DNA of 32,000 bases from Candidatus Saccharimonadota bacterium (GCA_003516025.1 CP023991.1:60001-92000); one strand, 5' to 3'. Shown: positions 20,064 through 28,518, counted from the first letter of the stretch. Numbers and translations are program-made. Notes: generated by a model from the letters alone, not told the origin.

Positions 20064-20516
20064 ATGAGCACTGACACCGTTCGACCTACTAAAAAACAGC
20101 GGGAAATCCTGGACTTTATTCAGCAGTTTATCGGCGAACACGGCTATAGCCCCAGTTACCGCGAAATCATGAACGGCTTGCAGTATACGTCAGTAGCGAC
20201 CGTATCGCTGCATGTGAACAGTCTTATCCGGCGCGGCCACCTGCGAAAACGTGACCGCTCGGCCCGGTCGTTAGAAGTTGTAACCAATACTGACAAACCA
20301 ATTGAGCCACAAGCTGTTTTGCCTAACGAGGAGAAGTGGCTGATTGATAAAGTTGACGACCAGTTCCGCAAGCTTGAACTGGAACCGGCGCCCGGCCAGC
20401 CGGCGATTGACGAACTTAATGTACTGGTCGGTGCTCTTAGAGTGCTCGGTTTGGACGGGGCGGCTCTGAGTTTCGTTTCCCGGCTGACAGATATTAGCAA
20501 AAAATCTGCAAAATAA
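20064..20516 (+). CDS. LexA-type winged-helix DNA-binding domain protein lacking the S24 peptidase domain
   Basis: 150 aa. Residues ~8-72 (KKQREILDFIQQFIGEHGYSPSYREIMNGLQYTSVATVSLHVNSLIRRGHLRK) align by eye to the LexA N-terminal domain. The remaining ~75 aa are helical (IDELNVLVGALRVLGLDGAAL) with no Ser/Lys-dyad region. Confidence 0.75.
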   Translation: MSTDTVRPTKKQREILDFIQQFIGEHGYSPSYREIMNGLQYTSVATVSLHVNSLIRRGHLRKRDRSARSLEVVTNTDKPIEPQAVLPNEEKWLIDKVDDQFRKLELEPAPGQPAIDELNVLVGALRVLGLDGAALSFVSRLTDISKKSAK

Positions 20517-20552
20517 CGCCGCCCATACAACTAATGGCGGTATAATATACAA

Positions 20553-21194
20553 GTGAAGTTACGATACAAAAAGTCATTAAAACGGCCACTGCGCATCGGC
20601 ATTTATGCCGGAGCGTTTGATCCGGTACATGCCGGGCACGTCGCGTTTGCCTTGCAGGCCGTCCAGTCCTCCGCTTTGGACCAGGTAGTCTTTATGCCTG
20701 AGCGCCGGCCACGCAGTAAACCGAGCGTTGAACATTATGCCCACCGTGTCGCCATGCTGAAGGCCGCTTTGGCGCCGCATCCTAACCTTGCTGTCATGGA
20801 AGTTGTCGACCGGCACTTTACCGTGCGCCGTATATTACCGCTCCTGCAGGTCACATTTCCTGACGCGCAACTGGTACTGCTGATGGGCTCGGATACCATA
20901 GACAGCCTGCCTCTCTGGCCGTATGTCAACCGCCTGTTATCCGCCGCGGAACTTGTCGTTGGGCTTCGGGCTGACCATAACAGTGAAGCGGTAGAGGCTC
21001 TTATTGCTGATTGGCCATTACAAAAGCCGAGCAATCTGGTTGTATTCAACTCGTACGCGCCTGACGTATCATCATCGCGCATTAGACAGGCACTGCGGAC
21101 TAATCAGTCGGCTAAAGGGCTGTTGGCAAGTGTCCGGCGTTATTCGCGCCAGGAATGGCTGTACGCCTCGCCGGCCTATGCAGCACTAAAATAA
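20553..21194 (+). CDS. nadD: Nicotinate-nucleotide adenylyltransferase
   Basis: 213 aa with a GTG start. Contains IGIYAGAFDPVHAGHV (HxGH motif) and a C-terminal SSSRIR (ISST-like) motif. Confidence 0.85.
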   Translation: MKLRYKKSLKRPLRIGIYAGAFDPVHAGHVAFALQAVQSSALDQVVFMPERRPRSKPSVEHYAHRVAMLKAALAPHPNLAVMEVVDRHFTVRRILPLLQVTFPDAQLVLLMGSDTIDSLPLWPYVNRLLSAAELVVGLRADHNSEAVEALIADWPLQKPSNLVVFNSYAPDVSSSRIRQALRTNQSAKGLLASVRRYSRQEWLYASPAYAALK

Positions 21195-21208
21195 TCTATA
21201 TAAAATTC

Positions 21209-21237
21209 TTGCCAAACATAAGCGCTTTTGTTACAAT
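21209..21237 (+). promoter_or_regulatory. Sigma-70-like promoter: TTGCCA - 17 nt - TACAAT
   Basis: -35 TTGCCA at 21209-21214, a 17-nt spacer, and -10 TACAAT at 21232-21237. It lies in the largest intergenic gap, immediately after the nadD stop. Confidence 0.5.
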
Positions 21238-21338
21238 TTTTCCTATCATAGATGCTCAGCGAGAGAGTAGGCATGATACAAAAACTATAAAAAACAAAAA
21301 GTCATACGAGGTGTATGACATAGTACAGGGAGCAGTAC

Positions 21339-21431
21339 ATGCCCATTAAAGTTCAAGTTACTGACACTATTACGGTGCCGGTAATGGTCAACATTCGCCG
21401 CCCGTCGTGGCAGCAGTATATGCAGTATTAA
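21339..21431 (+). CDS. Candidate 30-codon small ORF (MPIKVQVTDTITVPVMVNIRRPSWQQYMQY), unknown function
   Basis: ATG at 21339 is preceded by GGGAG (21328-21332) with a 6-nt spacer. The TAA stop at 21429-21431 is followed 2 nt later by a terminator hairpin. No similarity that I recognise; the region may instead be a non-coding RNA. Confidence 0.3.
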   Translation: MPIKVQVTDTITVPVMVNIRRPSWQQYMQY

Positions 21432-21433
21432 TT

Positions 21434-21460
21434 AAAAACCCCGGACATACCGGGGTTTTT
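21434..21460. terminator. Bidirectional rho-independent terminator
   Basis: AAAAA-CCCCGG-acata-CCGGGG-TTTTT: a 6-bp GC stem (21439-21444 / 21450-21455) with a 5-nt loop, flanked by A5 and T5. It lies between the convergent plus-strand unit and the minus-strand dsbA-like gene. Confidence 0.75.
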
Positions 21461-21478
21461 AATTATGATACGGATTAC

Positions 21479-22177
21479 TTACTGCGCGCTGTCAGTCGGT
21501 GTTTCCGCGCTGCTTTCGGTCTGGGTTTGAGTAGTAGTCGGTGCTTTGCCGGTTTTCTGGGTAATTGCCGTTTCGATTACTTTGTTAAAAGCTTCGACTG
21601 ATGTCGGGGTACTGATTTTCTTGCCGTCGATAAAGAAGGTTGGCGTAGAGGTAATTTCCAGGCGATTGCCTTCTTTCAGGTCGGCCTGTACGCGGTTGTT
21701 GACGGTGGCGCTCTTAAAGTCGGTTTCAAACTTGGCTACGTCCATGCCGAGGCTTTCAGCGTACTGCTTAAACAGGTTAGTCGGGTTGCTGCTTCCGCTC
21801 CAGTCATTCTGGTTCTCGTACAGTTTGTGGTACATGTCCCAGAATTTGCCCTGCATGTCGGCAGCTTCGGCGGCCCGGGAACCGGCGATGGCATTCTGAT
21901 GTATCTGGTATAACGGGAAGTTGCGGAACTGGAAGTGAATTTGGTCCTTATAGGTAGCTACTACCTGTTCGACAAGCGGGTAATACTGGCCACAGGCCGG
22001 GCACTGAAAATCACCGTATTCTGTTAGGGTGACACCGCTGGAACCGCCCCCTTCAATATGGTTAGTGGCGCTAACGCTACTGCTTGGTGCCGAGGCATCC
22101 TGCTTGTTTGTAATGAAAAATACCAGGCCAAGTACTATAACAATAGCCGCTACGATGCCCCAAAACCGTTTATCCAT
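21479..22177 (-). CDS. Membrane-anchored DsbA-family thiol:disulfide oxidoreductase
   Basis: N-terminal TM anchor (FWGIVAAIVIVLGLVFF) and a thioredoxin fold with the CPACGQY (CxxC) motif. I use the ATG at 22177 (MDKRF...); the track start at 22189 is a TTG. Confidence 0.85.
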   Translation of the reverse strand: MDKRFWGIVAAIVIVLGLVFFITNKQDASAPSSSVSATNHIEGGGSSGVTLTEYGDFQCPACGQYYPLVEQVVATYKDQIHFQFRNFPLYQIHQNAIAGSRAAEAADMQGKFWDMYHKLYENQNDWSGSSNPTNLFKQYAESLGMDVAKFETDFKSATVNNRVQADLKEGNRLEITSTPTFFIDGKKISTPTSVEAFNKVIETAITQKTGKAPTTTQTQTESSAETPTDSAQ

Positions 22178-22271
22178 GGTGCCAATCAACCTCTTAATAT
22201 ATAGTTAAGTATACATGGTTAGCTGAAAGCCAGCACCATGAATAGCCTTAAAGCACGATTAAAATTTATAC

Positions 22272-23327
22272 ATGACCATATTTATTATTGCGCTCATACT
22301 ACTCGGACTCTCCCTGTTCGGTATTGCCATCCGTAAAACGTACAATTACTTGCCCGAGAAAGAGCTTAAGCGACAGGCCCGCAGCGGCGACGCGGTCGCG
22401 CGAGTACTTTATAGCGCGGTTGCTTACGGCCCGAGCTTACGGGTTTTACTCGGCACGTTTATATTCGTAACGGCGGCGGCAGGGTTTGTGCTATTCGCGC
22501 GGATAGCTCCGCCAATGCTGGCTTTCTTCGCGGTATTAGCCTTGTTGGCCTACGGATTTGGCTGGATGCCTGCCGCCCGGGTTTCTGACCTCGCGGCTCG
22601 CTTAGTGGTGGCCATTACGCCATTTGTAACCTGGCTGCTCAATTACGTTCACCCATTGTTTTATAAAATCGCTCATTTCGTGGAAAAGCGCCGGCCGTTT
22701 ACAGGACACAGCCGGTTGTATGAAAGGGAAGACCTGGTAGAACTTTTAGTTGCCCAGCGCCAGCTGCCTGATAACCGGATCGCGCCGGAAGAGCTGGACA
22801 TCGCGGTGCACGCCCTGACATTCGGTGACCGGTTAGTCGGTGACATCACCGTGCCGCGCCGCGTCGTAAAAATGGTTAGTATAACGGATAAAATTGGGCC
22901 AATTCTCATGGGTGAGTTGCATGAAAGCGGCCATTCCCGTTTTCCGGTCTATGACAACCGTGAAGGCAGTCAGGACAACCTTGTCGGCATCCTGTACCTT
23001 CGAGATCTGGTTGATGTTAAGCATGGCGGCAATGTTGAGGAGCTGGTCCAGAAAAAGGTGTATTACGTACACGAAGACCAGTCGCTGTACCAGGTGCTGC
23101 ACGCGTTTATTACCACTAAACATCATCTGTTTGTCGTAGTGAATAGTTTTGAAGAATTCGTCGGTATCGTGACTATCGAAGACGTGCTCGAGCAGGTGAT
23201 TGGACGCCAAATTGTCGATGAGTTCGACGCCTACGACGACATGCGTGCCGTAGCCCGAAGTATCGCCGCCAAAGAGCACGATACGCATAAATCAGTTTCC
23301 GATACTGTAACAGAGGTGGTAGAATAG
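22272..23327 (+). CDS. CNNM/DUF21 plus CBS-pair membrane protein (CorC/TlyC-like), without an obvious CorC_HlyC C-terminal domain
   Basis: 351 aa. Four N-terminal TM segments, then tandem CBS-like modules (VGDITVPRRVVKMV...FPVY...LVGILYLRDL...; ...FVVVNSFEEFVGIVTIEDVLEQVIG). Confidence 0.8.
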   Translation: MTIFIIALILLGLSLFGIAIRKTYNYLPEKELKRQARSGDAVARVLYSAVAYGPSLRVLLGTFIFVTAAAGFVLFARIAPPMLAFFAVLALLAYGFGWMPAARVSDLAARLVVAITPFVTWLLNYVHPLFYKIAHFVEKRRPFTGHSRLYEREDLVELLVAQRQLPDNRIAPEELDIAVHALTFGDRLVGDITVPRRVVKMVSITDKIGPILMGELHESGHSRFPVYDNREGSQDNLVGILYLRDLVDVKHGGNVEELVQKKVYYVHEDQSLYQVLHAFITTKHHLFVVVNSFEEFVGIVTIEDVLEQVIGRQIVDEFDAYDDMRAVARSIAAKEHDTHKSVSDTVTEVVE

Positions 23328-23333
23328 TTCTCT

Positions 23334-25082
23334 ATGAGAACCTACGCATTACAAGCCGCCGCCCAGACCGATGAAACCGTGACCGTCAAAGGTTGGGTGA
23401 ATTCCCGCCGCGACCACGGCGGCCTGATCTTTATTGACCTGCGGGACCACACTGGTATTGTCCAGCTGGTGATTCAGCCAGAAACCGAGTCCGCTTTTAC
23501 GATTGCCGAGCAACTGCGCGACGAGTTTGTCATCAGCGCTGTTGGCTTAGTGCGCGAGCGCCAAGAGCACTTAAAAAACCCAAACATTGCAACCGGCGCA
23601 ATTGAAATTAAAGTTAGTGAGCTTGAGATTTTGAACCGTTCCGAGCCGCTACCGATTCAAATTCACGGCGAAGCCCAGGCCAGTGAAGACCTGCGACTGA
23701 AATATCGCTACTTAGACCTGCGCCGTGAAAAAATGCAGCAGCGCCTTAAGCAGCGGGCCGATTACTACAAGCAGATGCGTTCTTACCTGGAAGACCGTGA
23801 CTTTATAGAAGTTGCCACGCCAATTCTAGCAAACTCCAGCCCGGAAGGCGCCCGCGACTTCCTGATTCCATCACGCGTCCACGACGGCAAGTTTTACGCC
23901 CTGCCGCAAGCTCCGCAACAGTTCAAGCAGCTGCTGATGGTCGGCGGTGTACCACGTTATTACCAGATCGCCGCCTGTTTCCGTGATGAAGATCCCCGTG
24001 CTGACCGCCTCTACGGTGAGTTTTACCAGCTCGACCTGGAAATGTCATTCGTTGATAGCGGCGAAGAAGTTCGAACGACGGTCGAGCCGTTGATTAAAAA
24101 TCTAGTCACCAATTTTGCCGGTAAAACACTGCTGAGCGAAGAAGTTCCGCGTATTGCCTACCGCGAAGCTATGGAAAAGTACGGCTCTGACAAGCCTGAC
24201 CTCCGTTTTGGTATGGAGCTTACCGAACTCACCGAAGAGCTGCAAAATACCGGTTTTGGCGTTTTTAAGAATGCCGAGTGTGTCAAAGCCATTTGTGTTA
24301 AAAACGCTGCTACTTTAAGCCGCTCGCAAATTGACCAGTTTACTGACATCGCAAAAAGTGAAGGCGCTGGTGGGTTGGCTTACCTTACATTCCAGGACGG
24401 TGAAATAAAATCCCCCATTGCTAAATTCCTGAGCCCGGATGAGTTACTGGCTATCCAGGAAAAAATGGGCGCACAGGACGGTGACATTGTCTTCTTCGGC
24501 GCTGACACGCGCCAAGTTGTTAACAAGGTGCTCGGCCGCCTGCGCAACGAATTCGCTGCTCATCTTGACCTTAAAGACCCTAATATTGTCGCCCTATGCT
24601 GGATAGTTGATTTCCCGTTCTATGAATGGGACGATAAGCAAAATAAGCTCGATTTCGGGCATAACCCCTTCTCTATGCCAAAGGGTGGTACCACCGGCTT
24701 AGATACCGAAGACAAACTACAAGTCGTCGCCGACCAGTACGACATGGTCATGAATGGCTATGAAATTTGTTCCGGCGCTGTACGTAACCACAATCCGGAA
24801 GTCATGTACAAAGCTTTCGGTGTCCTTGGGTACGATGAGTCTTACGTAAACGATAAGTTCGGTGCCATGATTAACGCGTTCAAGTATGGCGCGCCGCCAC
24901 ATGCCGGCTGTGCCTTTGGTATCGACCGCATGTTCATGGTGCTTGTCGGCGAAGACAATATCCGCGAAGTCGTGGCCTTCCCAAAGAATGGCTCAGGCAT
25001 TGACGTCATGATGGGGTCACCGAGCCTCGTTGATGACGCTCAACTGAAAGAGCTGCACGTTAAGACTGTTGTCGAAGACTAA
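23334..25082 (+). CDS. aspS: Aspartate--tRNA ligase (bacterial type with GAD insertion)
   Basis: 582 aa. N-terminal OB fold (VTVKGWVNSRRDHGGLIFIDLRD), class II motif 2 (FRDEDPRADR) and motif 3 (GCAFGIDRMFMVL). Confidence 0.95.
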   Translation: MRTYALQAAAQTDETVTVKGWVNSRRDHGGLIFIDLRDHTGIVQLVIQPETESAFTIAEQLRDEFVISAVGLVRERQEHLKNPNIATGAIEIKVSELEILNRSEPLPIQIHGEAQASEDLRLKYRYLDLRREKMQQRLKQRADYYKQMRSYLEDRDFIEVATPILANSSPEGARDFLIPSRVHDGKFYALPQAPQQFKQLLMVGGVPRYYQIAACFRDEDPRADRLYGEFYQLDLEMSFVDSGEEVRTTVEPLIKNLVTNFAGKTLLSEEVPRIAYREAMEKYGSDKPDLRFGMELTELTEELQNTGFGVFKNAECVKAICVKNAATLSRSQIDQFTDIAKSEGAGGLAYLTFQDGEIKSPIAKFLSPDELLAIQEKMGAQDGDIVFFGADTRQVVNKVLGRLRNEFAAHLDLKDPNIVALCWIVDFPFYEWDDKQNKLDFGHNPFSMPKGGTTGLDTEDKLQVVADQYDMVMNGYEICSGAVRNHNPEVMYKAFGVLGYDESYVNDKFGAMINAFKYGAPPHAGCAFGIDRMFMVLVGEDNIREVVAFPKNGSGIDVMMGSPSLVDDAQLKELHVKTVVED

Positions 25083-25705
25083 TCCAGTTCAAGGCTGCGC
25101 CAAACATACCAGCTTGCCACCGATTCAAACGGATGCCACTGGTTGGCGGCAGCTACTTCGCGCATATCCTCGACTGTAGGCGCGGAATCAAATCCGTACA
25201 GCTTGCGTATACCATTTTTGATGCCAAGGTCGCCAGTCGGCAACACGTCGAGCCGTCCCATGCAGAAAATTAAAAACATGTGTACGGTCCACTCGCCGAT
25301 GCCTTTCACGGTAGTAAGTTCGGCTATGATTTCATCGTTAGAAAGCGCGTCGAATTTGTCCAGGATAATCCGGCCGTCATATACATGAGCCGCCAGATCA
25401 AGGATATAACGTGCTTTAGGGCGGGAAAAACCAACGCCGCGCAAAGTGTCTTCATCCAGAGTTAAAATCTGCTCCGGGGTTGGAAAAACGCCTTCAAACA
25501 GCGCGACAAACCGGGCTTCGATGGCGGCGGCCGCTTTCAGGCTCAATTGCTGACCGATAATCGATTCGACCAGCTCCTGATAGTAATTTTCATGAGGCCG
25601 GAGCGTGCAGGCGCCGGCACGGGTTATTACTGCGCCCAGTACCGGATCAGTGGCGCTAAGCTGCTGCATGGCAGCGGAAATCGTTTGGTTATTGGCGATG
25701 GGCAT
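25079..25705 (-). CDS. DNA-3-methyladenine glycosylase II family (AlkA/Mag-like HhH-GPD)
   Basis: I use the ATG at 25705 (MPIANNQTISAAM...); the track start at 25840 overlaps the divergent RND gene. Helix-hairpin-helix VKGIGEWTVHMFLIF and the catalytic-Asp context LPTGDLGI. Confidence 0.85.
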   Translation of the reverse strand: MPIANNQTISAAMQQLSATDPVLGAVITRAGACTLRPHENYYQELVESIIGQQLSLKAAAAIEARFVALFEGVFPTPEQILTLDEDTLRGVGFSRPKARYILDLAAHVYDGRIILDKFDALSNDEIIAELTTVKGIGEWTVHMFLIFCMGRLDVLPTGDLGIKNGIRKLYGFDSAPTVEDMREVAAANQWHPFESVASWYVWRSLELD

Positions 25706-25742
25706 GGTTACAGTATAGGTGGTTTTTTGGTACGATACAGTA

Positions 25743-28472
25743 ATGAGCAAACAAACCCGTGCCGTCACTGATGAGCGAGCTAAACTATTACCCCGCCTGA
25801 CTGGCTTTTTCTTCAACCGGCCCCTCCGGACAACTTTCATATGGCTGGTATTACTGGTGTTCGGCGTACTTAGCTACACGACATTTTTAAAGCGTGAAGG
25901 TTTTCCAAGCATTTCAATCCCCTTGGTGATCGTACAGGGAAGTTACGCCGTTGATGATCCGGCTGTCGTTGACAGTAAAGTCGCCGCGGCAGTTTCCGAC
26001 ATTGCCCTTAAACAGGCAGGCGTATCGTCGGTAAGCACGAGTAGTGAAAGTAATTTCTTCAGTGCGACGGTACAGTACAAAGACGGCACCGATACCAACA
26101 AGGCTAAAGATGATCTGCAAAAAGCAGTAGAGGCGGATAGTGCTGTTCCGGATCAGGCCAAACTGACATTCGCGGCACCATATTTTGGCGTTACCGGCGG
26201 CGGTATAGAGAAAATTGACGCTACTATCTCAGTCTATAGCAATAATAAGGATGTCGGTCTTCAGCAGCTTACCGACCAGGCTGCCAGGGCCGTCAAATAC
26301 CTTAACCAACACAAGGGTGACCTGGTCCAGAACTACTTTGTCGAAAATCCATTCCAGACTGTTACCAATCCAGCAACCGGCCAGGAACTAACCGTACAGC
26401 GTACCTTCGACCGTTACGCGGACCACGGTGGTAGCCGGACCGAGTTCCATAAAGCCGTTACAATCGGTGTAGCCAGTGTCAGTGAGGCTGACGTAATAAA
26501 ACTGGATAAACAGATTCGCGACCAGCTGGATGACCTGCACCGGCAGTCCCAGTTTAATGACATACAGACGACCATCACGGCCAGTTACGCGCCTTCTATT
26601 AACGAGCAGATTTCTGAACTGCAGCGCGTATTGCTTGAGGGCCTGCTGGCAGTGCTCATCGTCGGTTCGATTGTCATTAGCCTGCGGGCGTCTTTAGTGA
26701 CGGTCATTTCCATGGTGACGGTTATTACTATTACGCTGGGTGTTATATATGTATTTGGCTATAGCCTGAACGTCATTACGTTATTCGCACTCATTCTCGG
26801 CCTGTCATTAATTGTTGATGATACGATTATCATGATCGAAGCTATCGACAGTGCCCGGCGGCATAATACCGACCGCGCCAAAGCCGTCAAAGAAGCTTCC
26901 CGTAAAATTGGCCGGGCCATGATCGCCGCTACTTTAACTGCCGTGCTCAGTTTCGCTCCGTTACTGTTCGTGAACGGTATCCTCGGTGGCTTTATCCGGG
27001 CTATCCCGGTTACTATTATTTCGGCATTACTCGTCAGTTTAGTTGTAGCTCTGATCTTTATTCCGTTGTTCGCCCGCTTCATCTTGCTAGGTAGGAAACA
27101 CATGGGCGAGGCTGAGGGACCCTCGGCGGCTGGCCGACTTGAAAGCAAAATAGCCAACACCATCGCCAAGCCGATGCTATGGGCCCGGCACTCGCGCAAA
27201 AAAGAATTTGCTGTCGGTATCGCCGCCGTCCTTATCGGACTGCTGTTTGTTGGAGGTGGTGTAGTCGTATTCGGTAAGGTTCCGTTCAATATTTTCCCAC
27301 CGTCCAAGGATACGAACCAAATCTCAGTCTCCATTACATATCCTGGAAATACGACTATAACCCAGGCTGAAGCCATTGCTGACGATGTAGATGCGGTTAC
27401 GAAGGATGCTTTGGGCGCTAACCTTGATAAGGCTTCCTACTACGGACAGGCCAACAACCGGTCGGCCACGCTGTATATTGACCTTATCCCTTACGGTGAA
27501 CGTGATGCGACGGCGCCGGATCTGGCAAAGAATATTTCAGACCGCTTTAAGGGATTTGAGGCTGCTAAAGTCAGTGCCACTACCGTTGATATCGCTCCGT
27601 CAAGTTCCAGTTTCACGGTCAATATTAACGCCGCTAACCGGCCGGCAGCCGAACGGGTGGCGGCTGATATGGTGCAGTACTTAAAAGGCCATAAATTGAC
27701 CCGCGCCGACGGTTCTCAGGCCACTGTTACCGAGGCGGTTATTCAAAGTGCCGACCTGTATCAACGCAATGACGGCAAATCCATAATCGCCGTTAACGCC
27801 ACTTTCGATGGCAGTGATGTCAGCACCTTAACGACGCTGGCCAAAAAGACCGTGAGTGACCGCTATACCGATGCCTACCTGCAGGGCTTTGGCCTGAAGG
27901 CCAGCGACGTTTCGACGGACATCGGCGAGGAGGAAGACTTCCAAAATTCGTTCAAAGCGTTATTGTATGCTTTCCCGCTGGTACTGTTGGCGATTTACAT
28001 CCTGTTGCTCGTCCAGTTCCGTTCGTTCCTGCAGCCGCTGCTGATCTTTATGGCCTTGCCATTCAGTTTCTTCGGTATCGCTCTCGGCCTGTACTTTAGC
28101 AATAACTCATTCAGTTTCTTCGCGATGCTTGGTTTCTTCGCTCTGATCGGTTTGAGTATTAAGAACACTATCCTGTTGACCGATTACGCGAACCAGGCCC
28201 GCCGCGCCGGTATGCCGGCTATTGACGCTGTTGTCGGCGCTCTCGGCGAACGGTTCCGGCCTCTGGTCGCTACCAGCCTGACTGCCGTCTTCTCGCTGAT
28301 ACCTCTGGCTGTTACCAGCCCTTTCTGGCAGAGTTTGGCCATTGTCCTGATCTTTGGCCTTCTCTCCAGCACACTGTTGGTTATCCTCGTGTTCCCGTAC
28401 TACTATCTGGGTGCTGAGTATATCCGCATTAAAATTCATCGCTTCTTTAGACGCCGTTCCCAAAAGGCATAA
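25743..28472 (+). CDS. RND-superfamily efflux permease (AcrB-like core), short form
   Basis: ATG at 25743 (MSKQTRAV...). 12-TM layout with two large extracytoplasmic loops. TM4 has LIVDDTIIMIE (Asp-Asp pair) and TM10 has GLSIKNTILL (Lys), matching the AcrB proton-relay positions. Confidence 0.9.
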   Translation: MSKQTRAVTDERAKLLPRLTGFFFNRPLRTTFIWLVLLVFGVLSYTTFLKREGFPSISIPLVIVQGSYAVDDPAVVDSKVAAAVSDIALKQAGVSSVSTSSESNFFSATVQYKDGTDTNKAKDDLQKAVEADSAVPDQAKLTFAAPYFGVTGGGIEKIDATISVYSNNKDVGLQQLTDQAARAVKYLNQHKGDLVQNYFVENPFQTVTNPATGQELTVQRTFDRYADHGGSRTEFHKAVTIGVASVSEADVIKLDKQIRDQLDDLHRQSQFNDIQTTITASYAPSINEQISELQRVLLEGLLAVLIVGSIVISLRASLVTVISMVTVITITLGVIYVFGYSLNVITLFALILGLSLIVDDTIIMIEAIDSARRHNTDRAKAVKEASRKIGRAMIAATLTAVLSFAPLLFVNGILGGFIRAIPVTIISALLVSLVVALIFIPLFARFILLGRKHMGEAEGPSAAGRLESKIANTIAKPMLWARHSRKKEFAVGIAAVLIGLLFVGGGVVVFGKVPFNIFPPSKDTNQISVSITYPGNTTITQAEAIADDVDAVTKDALGANLDKASYYGQANNRSATLYIDLIPYGERDATAPDLAKNISDRFKGFEAAKVSATTVDIAPSSSSFTVNINAANRPAAERVAADMVQYLKGHKLTRADGSQATVTEAVIQSADLYQRNDGKSIIAVNATFDGSDVSTLTTLAKKTVSDRYTDAYLQGFGLKASDVSTDIGEEEDFQNSFKALLYAFPLVLLAIYILLLVQFRSFLQPLLIFMALPFSFFGIALGLYFSNNSFSFFAMLGFFALIGLSIKNTILLTDYANQARRAGMPAIDAVVGALGERFRPLVATSLTAVFSLIPLAVTSPFWQSLAIVLIFGLLSSTLLVILVFPYYYLGAEYIRIKIHRFFRRRSQKA

Positions 28473-28518
28473 GCACATTGCAGCAGCCGTGCCGCTTCTG
28501 CTACACTTATGCTTAATT

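Noticed and set aside
21345-21375. T-loop-like GTTCAAGTT sequence suggesting a tRNA in the large intergenic gap.
   Set aside because: The flanking bases cannot form a T-stem (taaag versus tactg). No acceptor, D or anticodon arms could be drawn.
21244-21460. Possibility that the ~215-nt transcript is SRP RNA or 6S RNA.
   Set aside because: There is no GNAR-tetraloop/AGCA helix-8 motif in the proper context, and the 5' and 3' ends are not complementary as required for a 6S-like closing stem. It is kept only as an unclassified transcript in the findings.
25719-25840. Apparent 122-bp overlap of the divergent RND (track start 25719) and alkA-like (track start 25840) ORFs. Similar N-terminal extensions occur at 28354, 19563 and 7683.
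   Set aside because: These extensions come from taking the longest ORF. Internal ATG starts (25743, 25705, 28519, 19644, 7566) give sensible N-termini and remove the overlaps with neighbouring genes.
26759-27376. 205-aa antisense ORF inside the RND gene, and similar antisense ORFs at 28107-28529, 28539-28961, 29800-30261 and 22833-23288.
   Set aside because: They lie opposite strongly supported genes and have no motifs, no RBS and atypical composition. They are expected by chance at this GC content.
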